Source of the DNA: Azolla caroliniana
Taxonomy: Eukaryota; Plantae; Polypodiophyta
DNA length: 64,000 bases
Direction of reading: 5' to 3'
Assembly: GCA_043228905.1 (NCBI GenBank)
Contig: JBHGNT010000020.1
Coordinates: 13,826,001-13,890,000 of the forward strand
Both the position numbers and the translations under genes were made by a program. This document shows positions 13,208-27,097 of this stretch, piece after piece. The stretch's first letter is position 1. Each line of letters opens with the position of its first letter. A model generated the notes under the pieces. That model saw only the letters and a list, made by a program, of their open reading frames with translations. It was not told where the DNA came from and ran no database searches.

Positions 13208-13885
13208 AGAGATAAATAATATATATACAAAAGAATGTGTATATTCTCTCTCTAGATAAATAATATATGTATATACAAAATGTGTATGCTCTCTCTCTCA
13301 AAAAAAGTGTATATTCTCTCTCTAGATAAATAATATATATACAAAAGAATGTGTATGTTCTCTCTCTCAAAAAAAGTGTATATTCTCTCTCTAGATAAAT
13401 AATATATATACAAAAGAATGTGTATGTTCTCTCTCTCTTTCCAAAAAAATGTATATATTCTCTCTCTAGATAAATAATATATATACAAAAGAATGTGTAT
13501 GTTCTCTCTCTCTTTCCAAAAAAATGTGTATATTCTCTCTCTAGATAAATAATATATATACAAAAGAATGTGTATGTTCTCTCTCTCAAAAAAAGTGTAT
13601 ATTCTCTCTCTAGATAAATAATATATATACAAAAGAATGTGTATGTTCTCTCTCTCTTTCCAAAAAAATGTATATATTCTCTCTCTAGATAAATAATATA
13701 TATACAAAAGAATGTGTATGTTCTCTCTCTCTTTCCAAAAAAATGTGTATATTCTCTCTCTAGATAAATAATATATGTATATACAAAAGAATGTGTATGT
13801 TCTCTCTCTCTCAAAAAAAAAGTGTATATTCTCTCTCTAGATAAATAACATATATACAAAAGAATTTGTATGTTCTCTCTCTCTC
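13208..13885. repeat. Minisatellite, ~10 units of mostly 69-77 bp with a 219-bp higher-order repeat
   Basis: TAGATAAATAA recurs at 13253, 13323, 13392, 13467, 13542, 13611, 13686, 13761 and 13838. Confidence 0.95.
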
Positions 13886-14288
13886 AAGACTCCAAGAATA
13901 CATATATCTATGTACATATAGCAAAAGCAAAAAGCAAAAAAAGCAAAAAGCAAAAGCAAAAAGCAAAAGCAGGGCTCATCAGTAGGAGGACAAAGAGGCA
14001 TGGCGGGAGCTCACGAGACAGACAACAGGATTTGGAGAAGCTTTGGTGTTACACAGTAGTTAGTAATCAGTAGAAGAAGTGTAGAGCCCCTTCAATAGAA
14101 AAGAAAGTCTACAGAAATTTGGGGAAATTTGAAGAAGGAAGACTAAGAATCAGAAATGCTCCAAAGGGGAATTCGTAACGCTCAACTGACTTGTTAATCA
14201 TCTTAAGAGACCCTCCTCCATCGCTATATAAATTCAAAAGCAAGAAGAAAGGAGCAGATCTTATCAGTCCTTCTTTAGCTTTCTGGCC

Positions 14289-16813
14289 ATGGCCATGGCC
14301 ATGTTCCCCTCTGTAATCTCATCTCATCTCTTCATGTTCTTCTTATTAATCTTTGTCTTCTCTTCCTTCGTCTTCTTCTTCTTCATGGTACCCGTCTCCT
14401 CTTCTTCTACTAGATTCTATCAAAGCTCTAGGATTTCTAGAACTACACAACACCTCAGACGCATCAATAAACCTCCCATTTCAAGCATTCTGGTAGGTTA
14501 TAGCCATGGGAGAAGCTTCTTCTTCTTCTTCTTCTTCTTCTTCTTCTTCTTTTATCTTTTCCCTTCAAGCTTAATTTCAAGGTTGCTTTCTTTTCATCGT
14601 TTGCTTCTTTGTGTTATAATTAACGCTTTTCTTGCCGTTTCTGCTTCTTCTTTGTTGCTCATCTGTTGCAGAGCCCAGACGGAGACTTGATTGACTGTGT
14701 TCTGCTTTCTCATCAGCCAGCCTTTGATCATCCAAAGCTCAAGGACCACAAAATTCAGGTATGCACCGTCTGCTTTTCTGAAATGTTGCATTGTTGCACC
14801 AAACTTTTGGTATCATAATGTCGTGATTTTTTTGGGGGGTGCAATTATGTGTTGCTATGTTGTGATTCTTGGACTGTTTCTTTTGCTATTTCTTGCTGGT
14901 TTTTGTGGTGTTTCTTTGGCACCATTTCAGCTTTCTTGCTTTTTTATGCTTTTTTAAGCTTTTTTAAGCTTTTCTTGGTGTGTATGTGTGTGTGTTTCAC
15001 TGTTCTGGAGCTTTTTTCATGCTTTCTTCTTCTTCTTCTTCACTTCTGTTATTCTTCTTCTTGGTGCCACCAGCTTGAGCCTCCTCCATTACCTTATGGC
15101 ATGAGGAGAAAGAGAGGGCCATTGAATCTAGAAGCTTCCGGAACCGACCGTCGGGACGGCCCAATGTCCGGTTTCACACCACAGCTCTGGCACCAGACGG
15201 ACGAGCGCTGCCCGCACGGGACCATCCCGATACGGAGGACCAAGGAAGAAGACTTGCTTCGGGTCTCCGAAATGTCTCACTTCGGGAAAAAGAAGCATCG
15301 GCCTGCCCGACCGCGCCGTCCATTCTCGGTCGGGCTCCGGAATTCTCTCAATGAGAACCGACACCAGGTGTGAACACACACACACACACACTTAAGTTCT
15401 TCTATAGACACACACACACACATCTACATATATGATCAAATTCAATGTGACTAAGCAAGTGTCGAGCGAGAAAGTGTCGAGAAACAAATGCAATTATTTC
15501 CCTCCTTGCAGCATGCCATTGTTTATGCCCAAGGGGAGAACTATTATGGTGCAAAAGCCATAATCAATGTGTGGCACCCATCCATTGAAGCTTCCGATGA
15601 GTTTAGCCTCTCCCAACTCTGGCTATTGGCCGGCTCCTTTGAAGGTGACCTCAACAGCATTGAAGCTGGATGGCAGGTATGCTTGAAAAAGAGAGAGAGA
15701 GAAGGCAGCCATTTCAAAAACCTCCCATTTCATTTCGGGTTTCGGGTTCTCACACATTTTTGGGGGGGGGCTCGAATGTTTAGGTTATCCCGGACCTCTA
15801 TGGCGATAACAACACGCGCTTGTTCACGTATTGGACGGTAAGTTTGTTCATTCATCTCATTGTCACATGTTCTTATTAAAACTCGTGTATTTAGGACGGT
15901 TTGAGGGGGCAACTTCTACAAAGCCAATGCCACTTTATGTAGCGATTTCCTAGAATTGACCAATTGTGGGGACACAAGGTTAGGTTAGGTTTCATGTGTG
16001 TTTGGCTTCATGTTCTTGGGTGATTTTTTACGTGGTGTGAATATCACAACCTAACAAAACCTTTGAGTGTCTCTACTTTTGGCTATGATATACTTGTACA
16101 TGTATATAAGTTCATGGGTTGAATGGTAGGATACCTCGATCATCTTGACTTTATGATTTAACTTGACCTCACGTTACTAATAATAATTGTACATCTTTAT
16201 ACTCCTTTCCAGAGTGATGCATATCAAGGAACCGGATGCTACAACTTGCTATGCTCAGGGTTTGTGCAAATTAGTGAGCAAATTGCATTGGGTGCAACTA
16301 TCTCCCCAGTGTCTACTTACGACAACAAACAATATGACATTGACATTCTCATATGGAAGGTAAATTACCACAAAACCAACCAAATTCTTTCTGGTGCCCA
16401 TGTCATATCATCACGATTCATATCCCTTTTTTTAGGATCCCAAAGCGGGTGATTGGTGGATGTCATTTGGAGAAAACCATGTATTAGGTTATTGGCCTTC
16501 AAGTTTGTTTACATACTTAGCCGACTCGGCAACTATGGTGGAATGGGGAGGTGAGGTAGTGAATTCTGGTACCGAAGGCCGGCACACAGCCACCCAAATG
16601 GGGAGCGGACATTTCCCTTCGGAAGGGTTTGGCCAAGCTGCGTATTTCTCAAACTTGCAAGTAGTTGATGCCAATAACAACCTTAGGTCACCAGATAGGA
16701 TTGACACATTTGCCGAGAACTCCGCTTGTTATGATGTTCAAGATGGATACAATAGAGAATGGGGATATTACTTCTACTTTGGAGGGCCGGGATTGAATGA
16801 GGGATGCCCTTAG
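14289..16813 (+). CDS. Neprosin-family protein (activation peptide DUF4409 + neprosin/DUF239 domain), 7 exons: 14289-14492, 14672-14758, 15074-15367, 15512-15676, 15784-15837, 16213-16359, 16436-16813
   Basis: Hydrophobic signal/anchor, then [112 protein letters not shown]. All introns are GT-AG and in frame. The start could be any of three nearby ATGs. Confidence 0.93.
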
Positions 16814-17658
16814 GAGACAGAGTGAGAAGAAAAAAGGTACAAAGGTGGGTAGGGGGGGTTTGTACGTGTTGATTTAAGCTTTTTGTAAACGTGGCATTCA
16901 TAACATGGTGTACTGGTGATAATGTATATAGCATTGCACGTTTCCTCAACATACAAAGTGAAGGCAACAAAAACAAAAGCAAAGATAAAAAACAATGGTG
17001 AGGATTTTCACCATTCGACATTGAGGTGGCTCATGCATGTATATTCCAAAGACACGACACATTGAATCTAACAAGTAGAATGCAACCCTAATCTTGCTTC
17101 TTGTTAGATTTAGTGGTGATTATAGGCGAAGATCGTCGTATAGCAAACTCAACAATGTGACGCAAAGCTGATTCTAATAATGCATTAGCTAGTTGATATA
17201 TGAGCAAAAACTCTTAAGCATGACTTGTTTTAAAGTCAAATGTAAACGCAATCTTCTTAATGTCTCATCACCCAACACCATTCATTCTCATCAGGTCAAA
17301 TGCTTTTTTTTTACGTTTTGCTTTCTTTAGCCTTTTGCCTTTCCCCAAAAATGTTCAAAGATAAAGATGTCAAAAAAGCACCGCCTGTGAATAATCTCTC
17401 TCTCTCTCTCTCTCAAACAAAATATAAAGACAAAAAACTAAAGGATAAAAAAGGTATAATTTCAATGTTGTACAAATGAGGACATTTGTTTTTTGGTTGG
17501 ATACATACATATGCATGTATGTATATATGTGTGTACGTGCGTACATACATGTTCATTGTTTTGTACTCATTCATCATGTTTTGATTCTTGGGTAACATCA
17601 TGTCTTCAACACATATTGTACATTTGTATATGATTATCATAGTGCATGTCACATGGAT

Positions 17659-17697
<39 letters not shown>

Positions 17698-18096
17698 ATA
17701 TATATATATATATGTAATTAGCTTACCCTAGCGGTCAATCGTTTACACTACTATCAACACATCTCTCTCTCCCCACCCAATTTGACCCTACATTCTCGAA
17801 TCTAGAGATAGAGTGATTGATGGGATGTGATGAGTCCAATATCTTAGATTGACTAGATGGGGTTAATTCAGTGGGCTAGAACAAGGTTTAACATCAATTA
17901 TCTAGTATCATATTCCATTTATCCATGGATCATATAATATCTTCACCCTTGTCACACATGCAATTTCCTTATTGTGTGTGGCTCTCCTGTTTACCCTATA
18001 CCCTATACCATAGATTTTTTTGTTAGATCACCTTCTATGTGCACGCATGATGATTGTTTGGCATGCCTTATTCTGATTTCACACCCATGAAAAGAA

Positions 18097-18374
18097 ATGA
18101 TTCCAAGTGCACATGAATGAGCATAGGACATTGATTCATTCAACCCCTTTGTGATTCCAAGTAACTCAACCCCATCAAACAGTTATATTGATCACCTTCT
18201 ATGTGTATGTATGTTTGTGCACGCATGATTGTTTGTTTGGCATGCCTTATTCTGATTTCACACCCATGAAAAGAAATGATGAGTATAATTGTTTGATGGG
18301 GTTGAGTTACTTGGAATCACAAAGGTGTTGAATGAATCAATGTCCTATGCTCATTCATGTGCACTTGGAATCAT
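18097..18374. repeat. Inverted repeat with 91-bp arms (18097-18187 / 18284-18374)
   Basis: Arms are reverse complements with 2 mismatches by eye; the 96-nt spacer copies the sequence just left of the first arm. Confidence 0.9.
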
Positions 18375-21300
18375 TAAGGTGTTGAAAGAATCAATGTCCT
18401 ATGCTCATACATATGCGTGCTTGTACCCATGATCTTACTTTTTGCATTCTAAAAGATTTAGCATGCCACTAGAAACAAGGTTAGGCAACTATCCAATCCT
18501 TTGTAATCAAAAGATATTGTTGATCCAACTAGGTAGTAAAGAAACCAAGTTTAGTGCTAGAATTTACAATTTCAATGCATGGGTTCCTTCTTACCCCTAA
18601 ACCCTACTTTTTGGGGTTCTATTGAGGAGAGTTGATATTTTTGTCAACATTCCTCTAATCTAACATATGTATATTCTAAATTGGCCTTGACGGAATTCTA
18701 AAGAAAAGGATATAAAATTTGCTCTCTCTGTAAACAAGACATTCACGTTGTTTAAGAGAGCATCTATGCTATGACCTCTTTCTCGAGGAAGTTGACTTTA
18801 GTACCGTGGTGAGAGTAGCTTATGATGAAGTCAATAAATGAGTATTCTACAATTTGGCTACATTTTAACGTATGAGGAAGTTGGTAAATGAACATTCTAG
18901 GATAAACCTCAAATTAATGCACCTCTCAATAACATCAACATATCTAGCAATGTAATGTGTTTTTTTCCCCCAAAAAGAAGCTACTTTCCTATTAGTTAGG
19001 AGAGATTATTACAGAAAGACTATACAAGCTGGCTTATACGTAAATCGAATATTGAAAGGTTGTAGGTATGTCTAAAAGATCTTGTTGAGCTCATTTGCAT
19101 CATTGCAATTTGCAGTGGAACACTTTGTTCTAGTTCTTCAATTGTTCCAATTTGTGAATGACATTAAAATAGTGTTAAGAACACATCACCTCTAAAAGCC
19201 CAATCTGAAAGAGTTATTTTTATACATCATATAAGAGATTTCAACATTCCCTAAATTATTGTGCATGGATTCTAGAGTTGCATGATTAAATGCATCAATA
19301 TTATGGTGTTGTAGGATGTGGGTTCAAGTCTCAAGTAATAGAAGCTCGTTATAAAACGTCAACAAATTTATGGTGTAAGATCGTGCACACTAAGATAAAA
19401 TTTCTTTAATCACAATGCGCCTACGTAACAAAAAACAATAAAAAAACAAAGACTATATAAAAAAAGAGCATAGCATAATAATTTCATGTGTTTCTAAAAA
19501 CTATAGCTATTAGGAAAAGCATAAAGCATGTGCATTACAAGTTTCCTTATTCTGCAATCAACGGTCGAAAAAAACGGAACGTCCTTCTAAAGACAATGTT
19601 AATAGCTCTACCAATTACAAGACAGGGAAACTAAGAACAATGATTCAGGTCACATTTTCGAGTTTGTTTGCATGAATTGTTAGTAATATTATTGTCATTC
19701 TATTCATTGGTTATGTGGTGGAAAACATTTTTATGTTCGTATAGTCATGCCATTTATTAAACCATGACATTATTTGAATTCTAAATTTTAATGTCTCCAC
19801 AAAGTATTCTTTATAAATTTGAAGGTGACATTATTAAAATATACATACATGATGGTGGTGTGGTAAGGTTTGTGCTTTGCAACATTATTGTTATGAGCTT
19901 AAGTATAGGCCACGGATTTTACAACTTGCTTATTATAAAAGTACTCGTAATTTTTGTAGTATGACATCAGACACACTTACAATTTACTCCTACAACAATG
20001 CCTTTACATCATAGAACATTTACATTTGTTTTTTTTACCCAAAACACTAGGAGTGAAAATGATCATGTTGTCCTTTAATACGAATGTTAACAAAGTAATG
20101 TTAAAGATAAGAGAGTATTGGGATGAAAGATGATGTGATATTGTTTTTGATGTATTCCAAAGAATTTGTGTTGTAACTTAACGTAATACAATGTGACAAG
20201 ATGTCATTTCATGATATATAATAACTTATAAGACATCATAACAAGATGAAGTATGACGAGATATAAGGTAATCTGAGAATGTGAAACACGGGAATATGTG
20301 ATTTCAACTTGTGATATAAACATGACACTACATAGTAAATTACATGTGAAAGCATATACAATACATAAGAGTCATCAGACATTCAACAAATTATTGTGCA
20401 TAAAGATGGCTTGTATTATATGAGATTCTGAAATTCAAATTCATAAAGATGACAAATAGCGGTAAACCATATTCTTTACAACATTAAAGTGATGGATCAA
20501 ATATCTAGCAATGGGTTTGATATTGCTTTCAATGTGAATGAAAATTCCTCCTTTCAGTTTTAAGATCATACACACTCTAAAAGAATTGAGTTTTTACAAC
20601 ATTGACATTGACACATTTATAATACGTTGAGTGAATATGAATGCATTTATCTTTAATATGAAATTGCAATATTGTTAGGCATGATCTAGTAAGTTAGAAT
20701 GAAATGAATAGGATGTAAAGTGATGGCTATTATGTTACTTGGCACTTTCAGTTGATGTATTTCCTGTGTATGATCTAATAAGCTAGAATGAAATGAATGT
20801 AGCGTAAAGTGACGAGCGTTACTTTAGCTAGCATTTTCAATTGAGGTATTCCTATTCATTTTATTTTATTGTTAAGTATAGATTGACGAGAAATTGCCAA
20901 TTTCCAACTTTAAGGATGTCTTCTTTTACAAGGGGGAATGTCTTTGAACCTTGTAAAACATTTGTGTTAGGTGTATTAAGTATGAAGGAATATATTGCCA
21001 AATGTTTGGACATATTAAGTAGGTATGTGTATGTGTTATAGGACCATGCAAACCATTGGTATTTAAAAATTATTTCATAAGGAAGAAATAGGCTTATTTT
21101 TTAGATGCAATGTTTTTTTCGTGCTTTGTATGTTTGGAAGATGGTGACTGTGCTTGGCTTTTTTTAAAAGATGCATGAACGAGAATTTTCTATTATGGAG
21201 GATTCCATCGTAATGAAAATTTGGGGATTGGATGCATTAATAAATTGTGACAAGAAAGCATTGTTTATCATGATTTGATCTTGAGATGAAGATTTGATGA

Positions 21301-22059
21301 TTGATGTAATGGCATTGAGAAGAGATTGAGGCTCATTAGTTAATTTTGATTATGTTTATGATCTTAATTGAGATTGTGATTAAGGGATTCACAAGCTAAG
21401 GTGATTAACATACCGAAGTTGTATGTAATTTAAATTATCTTCATACGATAATATTTGATCAATTAGATGTATGTATTTAGGATTATCTTCAATCAACTTA
21501 GTAATTCATTCACTATGTTCCAAATCCTTTTAGCAATGTGATTCAACGAGTTGATAGAATAAGGGTTGTGGTTTGTGGAGTGTGTGATAACCCTTATTAT
21601 ATCAACAAATTTGTGGTTCACTACAATTGTCCAATGGGAAATAGATGTCCCTAAGTGCAATGAAAGCCCATGCAACAAGAAAGTGTTCATGAAAGGAGTG
21701 TAAGTACCAAGGCCATTGTTTTACCCTCACGTAAAGTGCAAAGTAAAGAGCCAATTCAATAATGGATACGGTTCTACATTGATGGTGTCCCACACGTAAT
21801 TGGGGGTTAAACCGTGACTATGGTAAATATCACAATCCATAACTCTTTCTTTTGGAAGAACCTTAGTTTGTACCATTTGTCTATGTGTGCTTGTCCTCAA
21901 CAAGAATAATTATTTGGTTGTATATCAACCCACTATTTTGGTTTTAGATGTCTACATCTAGCAATGACAAATCTACTAAAGAACTTATACATGTTTGCAT
22001 GTTTGGATTGTCATCATGTGCAACATATACCCTTTTTATTGTTACCCTTTACATTAATA

Positions 22060-22940
22060 CTTATATATATATATATATTTATTTATTTATTTATTTATTT
22101 TATTTTTCCAAAAAAAACTCTTTCGATTAGTTATAAAATTTTACAAATGAGATCATCATGTACAAATCCCTATAGGGACGCGATAGTTCCATCTTATGTG
22201 GATGCCCACCGACTCAAGAAAGGGAGAGGACGACCATTGTTGGATGACGGTTATTCGTTGTCTTTCAACTCCATCGGAGCCGCCCTTGAGGCCATTATAT
22301 TGGCTCTTTAGAATGGCTACAATTTCACTCCATATCTCTTGCAGTAACATTGTTGGATGCGCGGTTTGGTTGGAGAAGACCCATCTACACTGTTGTTTCC
22401 ATAGAATCCAGAGAGTTATTGGCCTGACCAATTCCAACACAACTTGAGATTTGTCATTAAGAGGAGTTGAGTGGACATTGCCGCTAGTGGAGAAAAAAAT
22501 CTCGTGCTTTTATCACCAAAGTCATGCCCTCCTCCTAATGCTCGTATCTGTCAACTGGGGTCTGCCATGATAGCCAACATATATTTCCCCACTTGATTGA
22601 GCCTTGCACCTGACATAATTGCAACAAGCGGCCAACCCCCCGCCATATTCGATGGGACGCTCAGCAGTCCCACAGAGCGTGTCGTATTGATTCTACTGCA
22701 TTTGGGCACTCTACACAATTAGGAGAGCTAAGGTTCCCACGTTGCCATGCTCCCACCGATAGTGACTTATGTATTAATAGCCATTGGACCGTGGTAATTC
22801 ACCTCGCGTGTTGTTGTTTCCAGATTTTCAGCCAAAACTTGGTGATAATTGTGTGAGGAACTTGATATGTGTGCCAAACCTTTGCAATAGCCAGCTCTCG
22901 GGCGGTTTGAGCAGCTAGAATGTGGCGACCCAATCTAGTT
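22060..22940 (-). mobile_element. 5'-truncated L1-like LINE 3' fragment (zf-RVT region) with A-rich tail
   Basis: - strand ESIRHALWDC (~22660-22690) and ITLWILWKQQCRWVF; (TAAA)n-type tail on the - strand at ~22078-22105. Confidence 0.7.
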
Positions 22941-23463
22941 ATCCAACTAATATTATATTTATCCAACTAATAGTTATCACAATTTTATGTTGTCTCATTT
23001 CTTAGTTTGATGTATGTAATGGATTTTATAACACCTTGTTTCTCTTTCTTTTGTTATGTTGGGCATTTGAGTCATCCCTCCTTATTAGCCCCTCTCGAAT
23101 TGATGTCGTGGGTGATCACCAAGGGTATTCTAACTTACCATTACCACTAGCCCAATTTCAATGCCTACACAATAATCATATACCAATTCAAATAATTAAA
23201 TTGGACAATATATAGGTCATGAGCAAGAGGACCACAACGGTCACTTAATCAACTATATTGTTGACCCAAACCTCTTGCATTCACCTTTTCTTGAGCATTC
23301 CATGTTCTGACGATAATTTGCATGGTTGTTGCTTAATAAGCCTTACTCCTTAATTCCCTATGTTGCAATCTATGATGTAAGGGTGTCATTCCACCATTCT
23401 CCTTATAAAAAAACATACTAGCTAGTTCACCATATTGGTTGCTCGCATACATTCAACACTCTA

Positions 23464-23501
<38 letters not shown>

Positions 23502-26500
23502 TTCACAAAGTTTCCCTCTCTTTGTTGCACTGTTTTCCTTCTCCCAAAACATACTAGCTAGTTTACCACAATGCTCACTCACATACATTCAACGCTCAAT
23601 CACATACATGCCATTCAAAAAATTCTTTCCCTCTCTTATACACAATCTACATATTGTGTAGTACACCAAACCTAGACTAGAAAAGATGAAGAGAATAAAA
23701 TACGGAAGTATATCACAATTGACAATGAGAAATTTTATAAACTTTACAATTGAAGCTCGCCCTTCATTGGTACAACGATCAATATTTATATTCTTTGGTG
23801 GGCATGGTGTTTAATGGGCAAAAGGGTTCGGCCATAAAGAATGGTCAAGATCCAAGATGTGTTCCATCATAGTGTCCATACTTCCTTGTTGTCGAACCCT
23901 AAACTACCACATTGTCAAACAAAAAATTATGTTGTTGTCAAACCAATTTTTGCATTTAGATAAAGCTATTTGACCTAGGTGGCATTCAATACATGTCAAA
24001 TTTACATTTTTGTTTGGTGCTCACTTTGACCAAAATCCTAACCTATTGTAAAACTTCATGTTTTCACTTTCATCTCCCTTCATGCATGCCACATAACGAA
24101 ATTGTTGTGCATGCAAATCATGGAGTGGATCTATGCCATGTCAATTCAAACAAAAAAACTCGTGACATTCCAATCAAGCAAACAAGTCTCTTTGGATCCA
24201 TTCAAACATGATGTAGTCAATGGCTTGTTGAGCACACCTACCATACTTGTGGTTGGGTTAATGACAAATTTTAAGTGATGTTTCACTAAATCAAATGACT
24301 ACGTTGACTGCTTCTTTTACACCGGTTGTGGTGGGCTTTGGGCTTGTCAAGTCATTATTCTTCTTCTCATGGTCTAGTTGGTTGCTTCTCCACCAATCGC
24401 AATGCCACTCATTGGAAATGTTAATGTTTGACAACAACAACAACAACAAAGGGATATATTTGTCAATGACTACACCCTAAAGATGCTCCTCATCATTGAA
24501 GTTACATGTTGTAAGACTAGCGAGTATACCTTTAGGAACAAGGAACCCATAAAGCTTTGGTGGCATTGCATTGAAACAATAAACACAATAATCAATTTAT
24601 CATATTCCAATTGTACCATAGACCGTAACAATTAAGGTAGCCAAACACCACCTTCTATGCACAGGAGAGAAAAGTTGTTGCTCCTCGAGCAAAATCCTAC
24701 TAAATGGGGGCCAATCATATCAATTGACTATGCCCAAATTTGTGATGATAACCCCCATATGCTAGCATTATACCAAAAAGTATCTTCCCACATACACATC
24801 TCTGCTCTCTCCAAAAATGCACAAGATATTGGTATTGGACGATGGTTGATGTTTTATGTATGTTGTGCTAGATGCATCAGTAATTGGTTGTCTTACTTTA
24901 TTGTCTTTAAGAGAAAACATATGCATGTGGTAGATTTTGGAGAAACCTAAAGATGAGCAATATGAGAATTATGGTAGCTTAACTCATACGGGCTTGTGTA
25001 TGCATTGTAAGAATATATATGAATAATCAAACCTAGGAAAGATAGATTGGTGTGGATATCTTTCATATATGGCCTCCTTTACTATTGATTATGTATGCAA
25101 AAGGCCTAAAGAATTGTCCATTATAAGGCAATAGATCTGCAACGTATGAAGATCAAAAGGTCAAATGTATGGGGAAGGACACATATGCTTGATTAGGGGA
25201 TGTTTTAATTGTGCATTGCAATATAGTATGATTTGATTGGGGTGCAAATTGGATCAAAACCTTTATGTAAAGGGGAGATGTAGATAGTTTATGCAAGTGT
25301 AGGACTACCATGACCAATCCTCTTATGTGAAGATTGTTTAAATATATAATAAAAGCAAAATTAAGTGCACAAGTTGAGAATGGAAAGGGCATCCAAACAA
25401 ACAATATTTCAAAAACATCATAGCATCATTGATAATCTTGGTACTCTTTGATTAATAACAGAGTAAACATTTAAAAGGTGCAAGATTGTATTGTAATGTC
25501 ATAACTTTGACAAATCTTTGGATACATATGCAAGAATTTGAAGTACCACATAAGTAAGTATATGCATGTAAATTCTAATGTGTATATAAAGGTTATCTCG
25601 TGTCTTCATAGAGGAGATATAAGTCCACCCACTCTAACCAACTCTCCCTTTTTTTTATGCATCATTGAATTGGAACACATGATTAATGAGTTTGTACAAG
25701 GAGGCATTGTGAATATAGCTATATGTAGTTGATGTGCTACATTTGTCATGCATAGATGTACCTTTCAAAAAGCTTTAGATGAACATGAAGGCATTTAAGA
25801 CATTAACATTGGAAATATAGTTATATGCAATTGACACTGCGTTTTCCCCATACATCAATGTCGTGGTGCTTTCAACAAATACTTTCGAAGATGCACAACA
25901 TTTTATGCTGCTTGGAAAACATTTGCAATGTATAGTAAGTTTAGTGGCATGTGTTTGTGAGAGGCTAAAGCAAGTCCTACAAATACCCATTTCACCCCAC
26001 GTTGACAATGGAGGAAGAGAAACTTTGAGGGTATCGCTTACATAGTTTTTTTTTATCAAAACAAAATATCCTTCCATTAGTTTTCAAAAAACCTATCAGG
26101 TACAAACTACAAAATAGATGGAAAAGAAGAGAAAAAAGACTATCCCAATGGCTAGCCATGGATCCTTCATTTAACTAAGATCCAAGTCAACATCTAATTT
26201 GATTTCAGTATGACTACCCATTCTCCTATGTTGCCACTTGCTTTCAACATACCCGAAAATGTCATCATAATAATTAGAGACCTTTGCACAGGCATTGAAG
26301 GATAGAGTTGTATAGCATCCCCATTCTTATCCTACTTAATATATCCCAATAACATGGCAAGACATTGTACCATATCTCCCCGAATCATGTGCGATAAATG
26401 GAGACCTTCAACTTGCCTTCATTATAAACGAATTTGCAAGTCTTCTTCTAAAGGAGTCATTCAATATGGTCATATGAATGCCTTTTCTTGGATCATTTTA

Positions 26501-26849
26501 ATATCCTTCTATTCTCTTCAACCCCAAGTTGCTTTTAGGGTATCGCTTACATAGTTAAGCAAATACATAATGTTAGTGATGAAGCATTTGCTTCTTGAGT
26601 TAAGAGGACTTAATGAGAGTTGAACAAACCTCCTTCTAGGTTCTAATCTAAAGTTCTAAGTTTCATTCAAATCAAGTTGACAAAAGTCCTTTAACCCTAC
26701 CTCAAAAAATGTAAAACAAACATGATGCATATAAAGTCTGTCTATAAGGACAAACCATGCATCATGTTCAATAATAAGTCACCAAAATTGATAGAGGCTC
26801 TTGTTACCTTGTGACCTTTTGGTTCCCTCGAAGTACAAATGAAACAAGT

Positions 26850-27097
26850 ATGCCATTCATCACTTGGAATCAAGAAAAAGAATTATGATGCATTTGTGAG
26901 GCACATAGGATGAATTAAATATTGGGTTCTCAAGAAATCTATTTGGCAATTTGAAACATAAATGTTTATCTAAGTTTACTTGGAAAGAGTTTGAAAATGT
27001 CCAAAAATGTTTTCTTATGAGGTTTCTTCAACTCAAGACACAAATTCAACACACACTCCTATTTCTTGATATCAAGTCACTTCCAATTGAAGTCATG
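26850..27097 (+). mobile_element. Short LINE fragment of the same family as the element at 48400-50400
   Basis: [22 protein letters not shown]...SLPIEVM parallels [22 protein letters not shown]...SLPIEIM at ~48500-48620. Confidence 0.7.

Noticed and set aside
13173-13859. 228-aa and 151-aa repetitive ORFs
   Set aside because: Artefacts of a minisatellite whose unit lengths (69, 75) are multiples of three.
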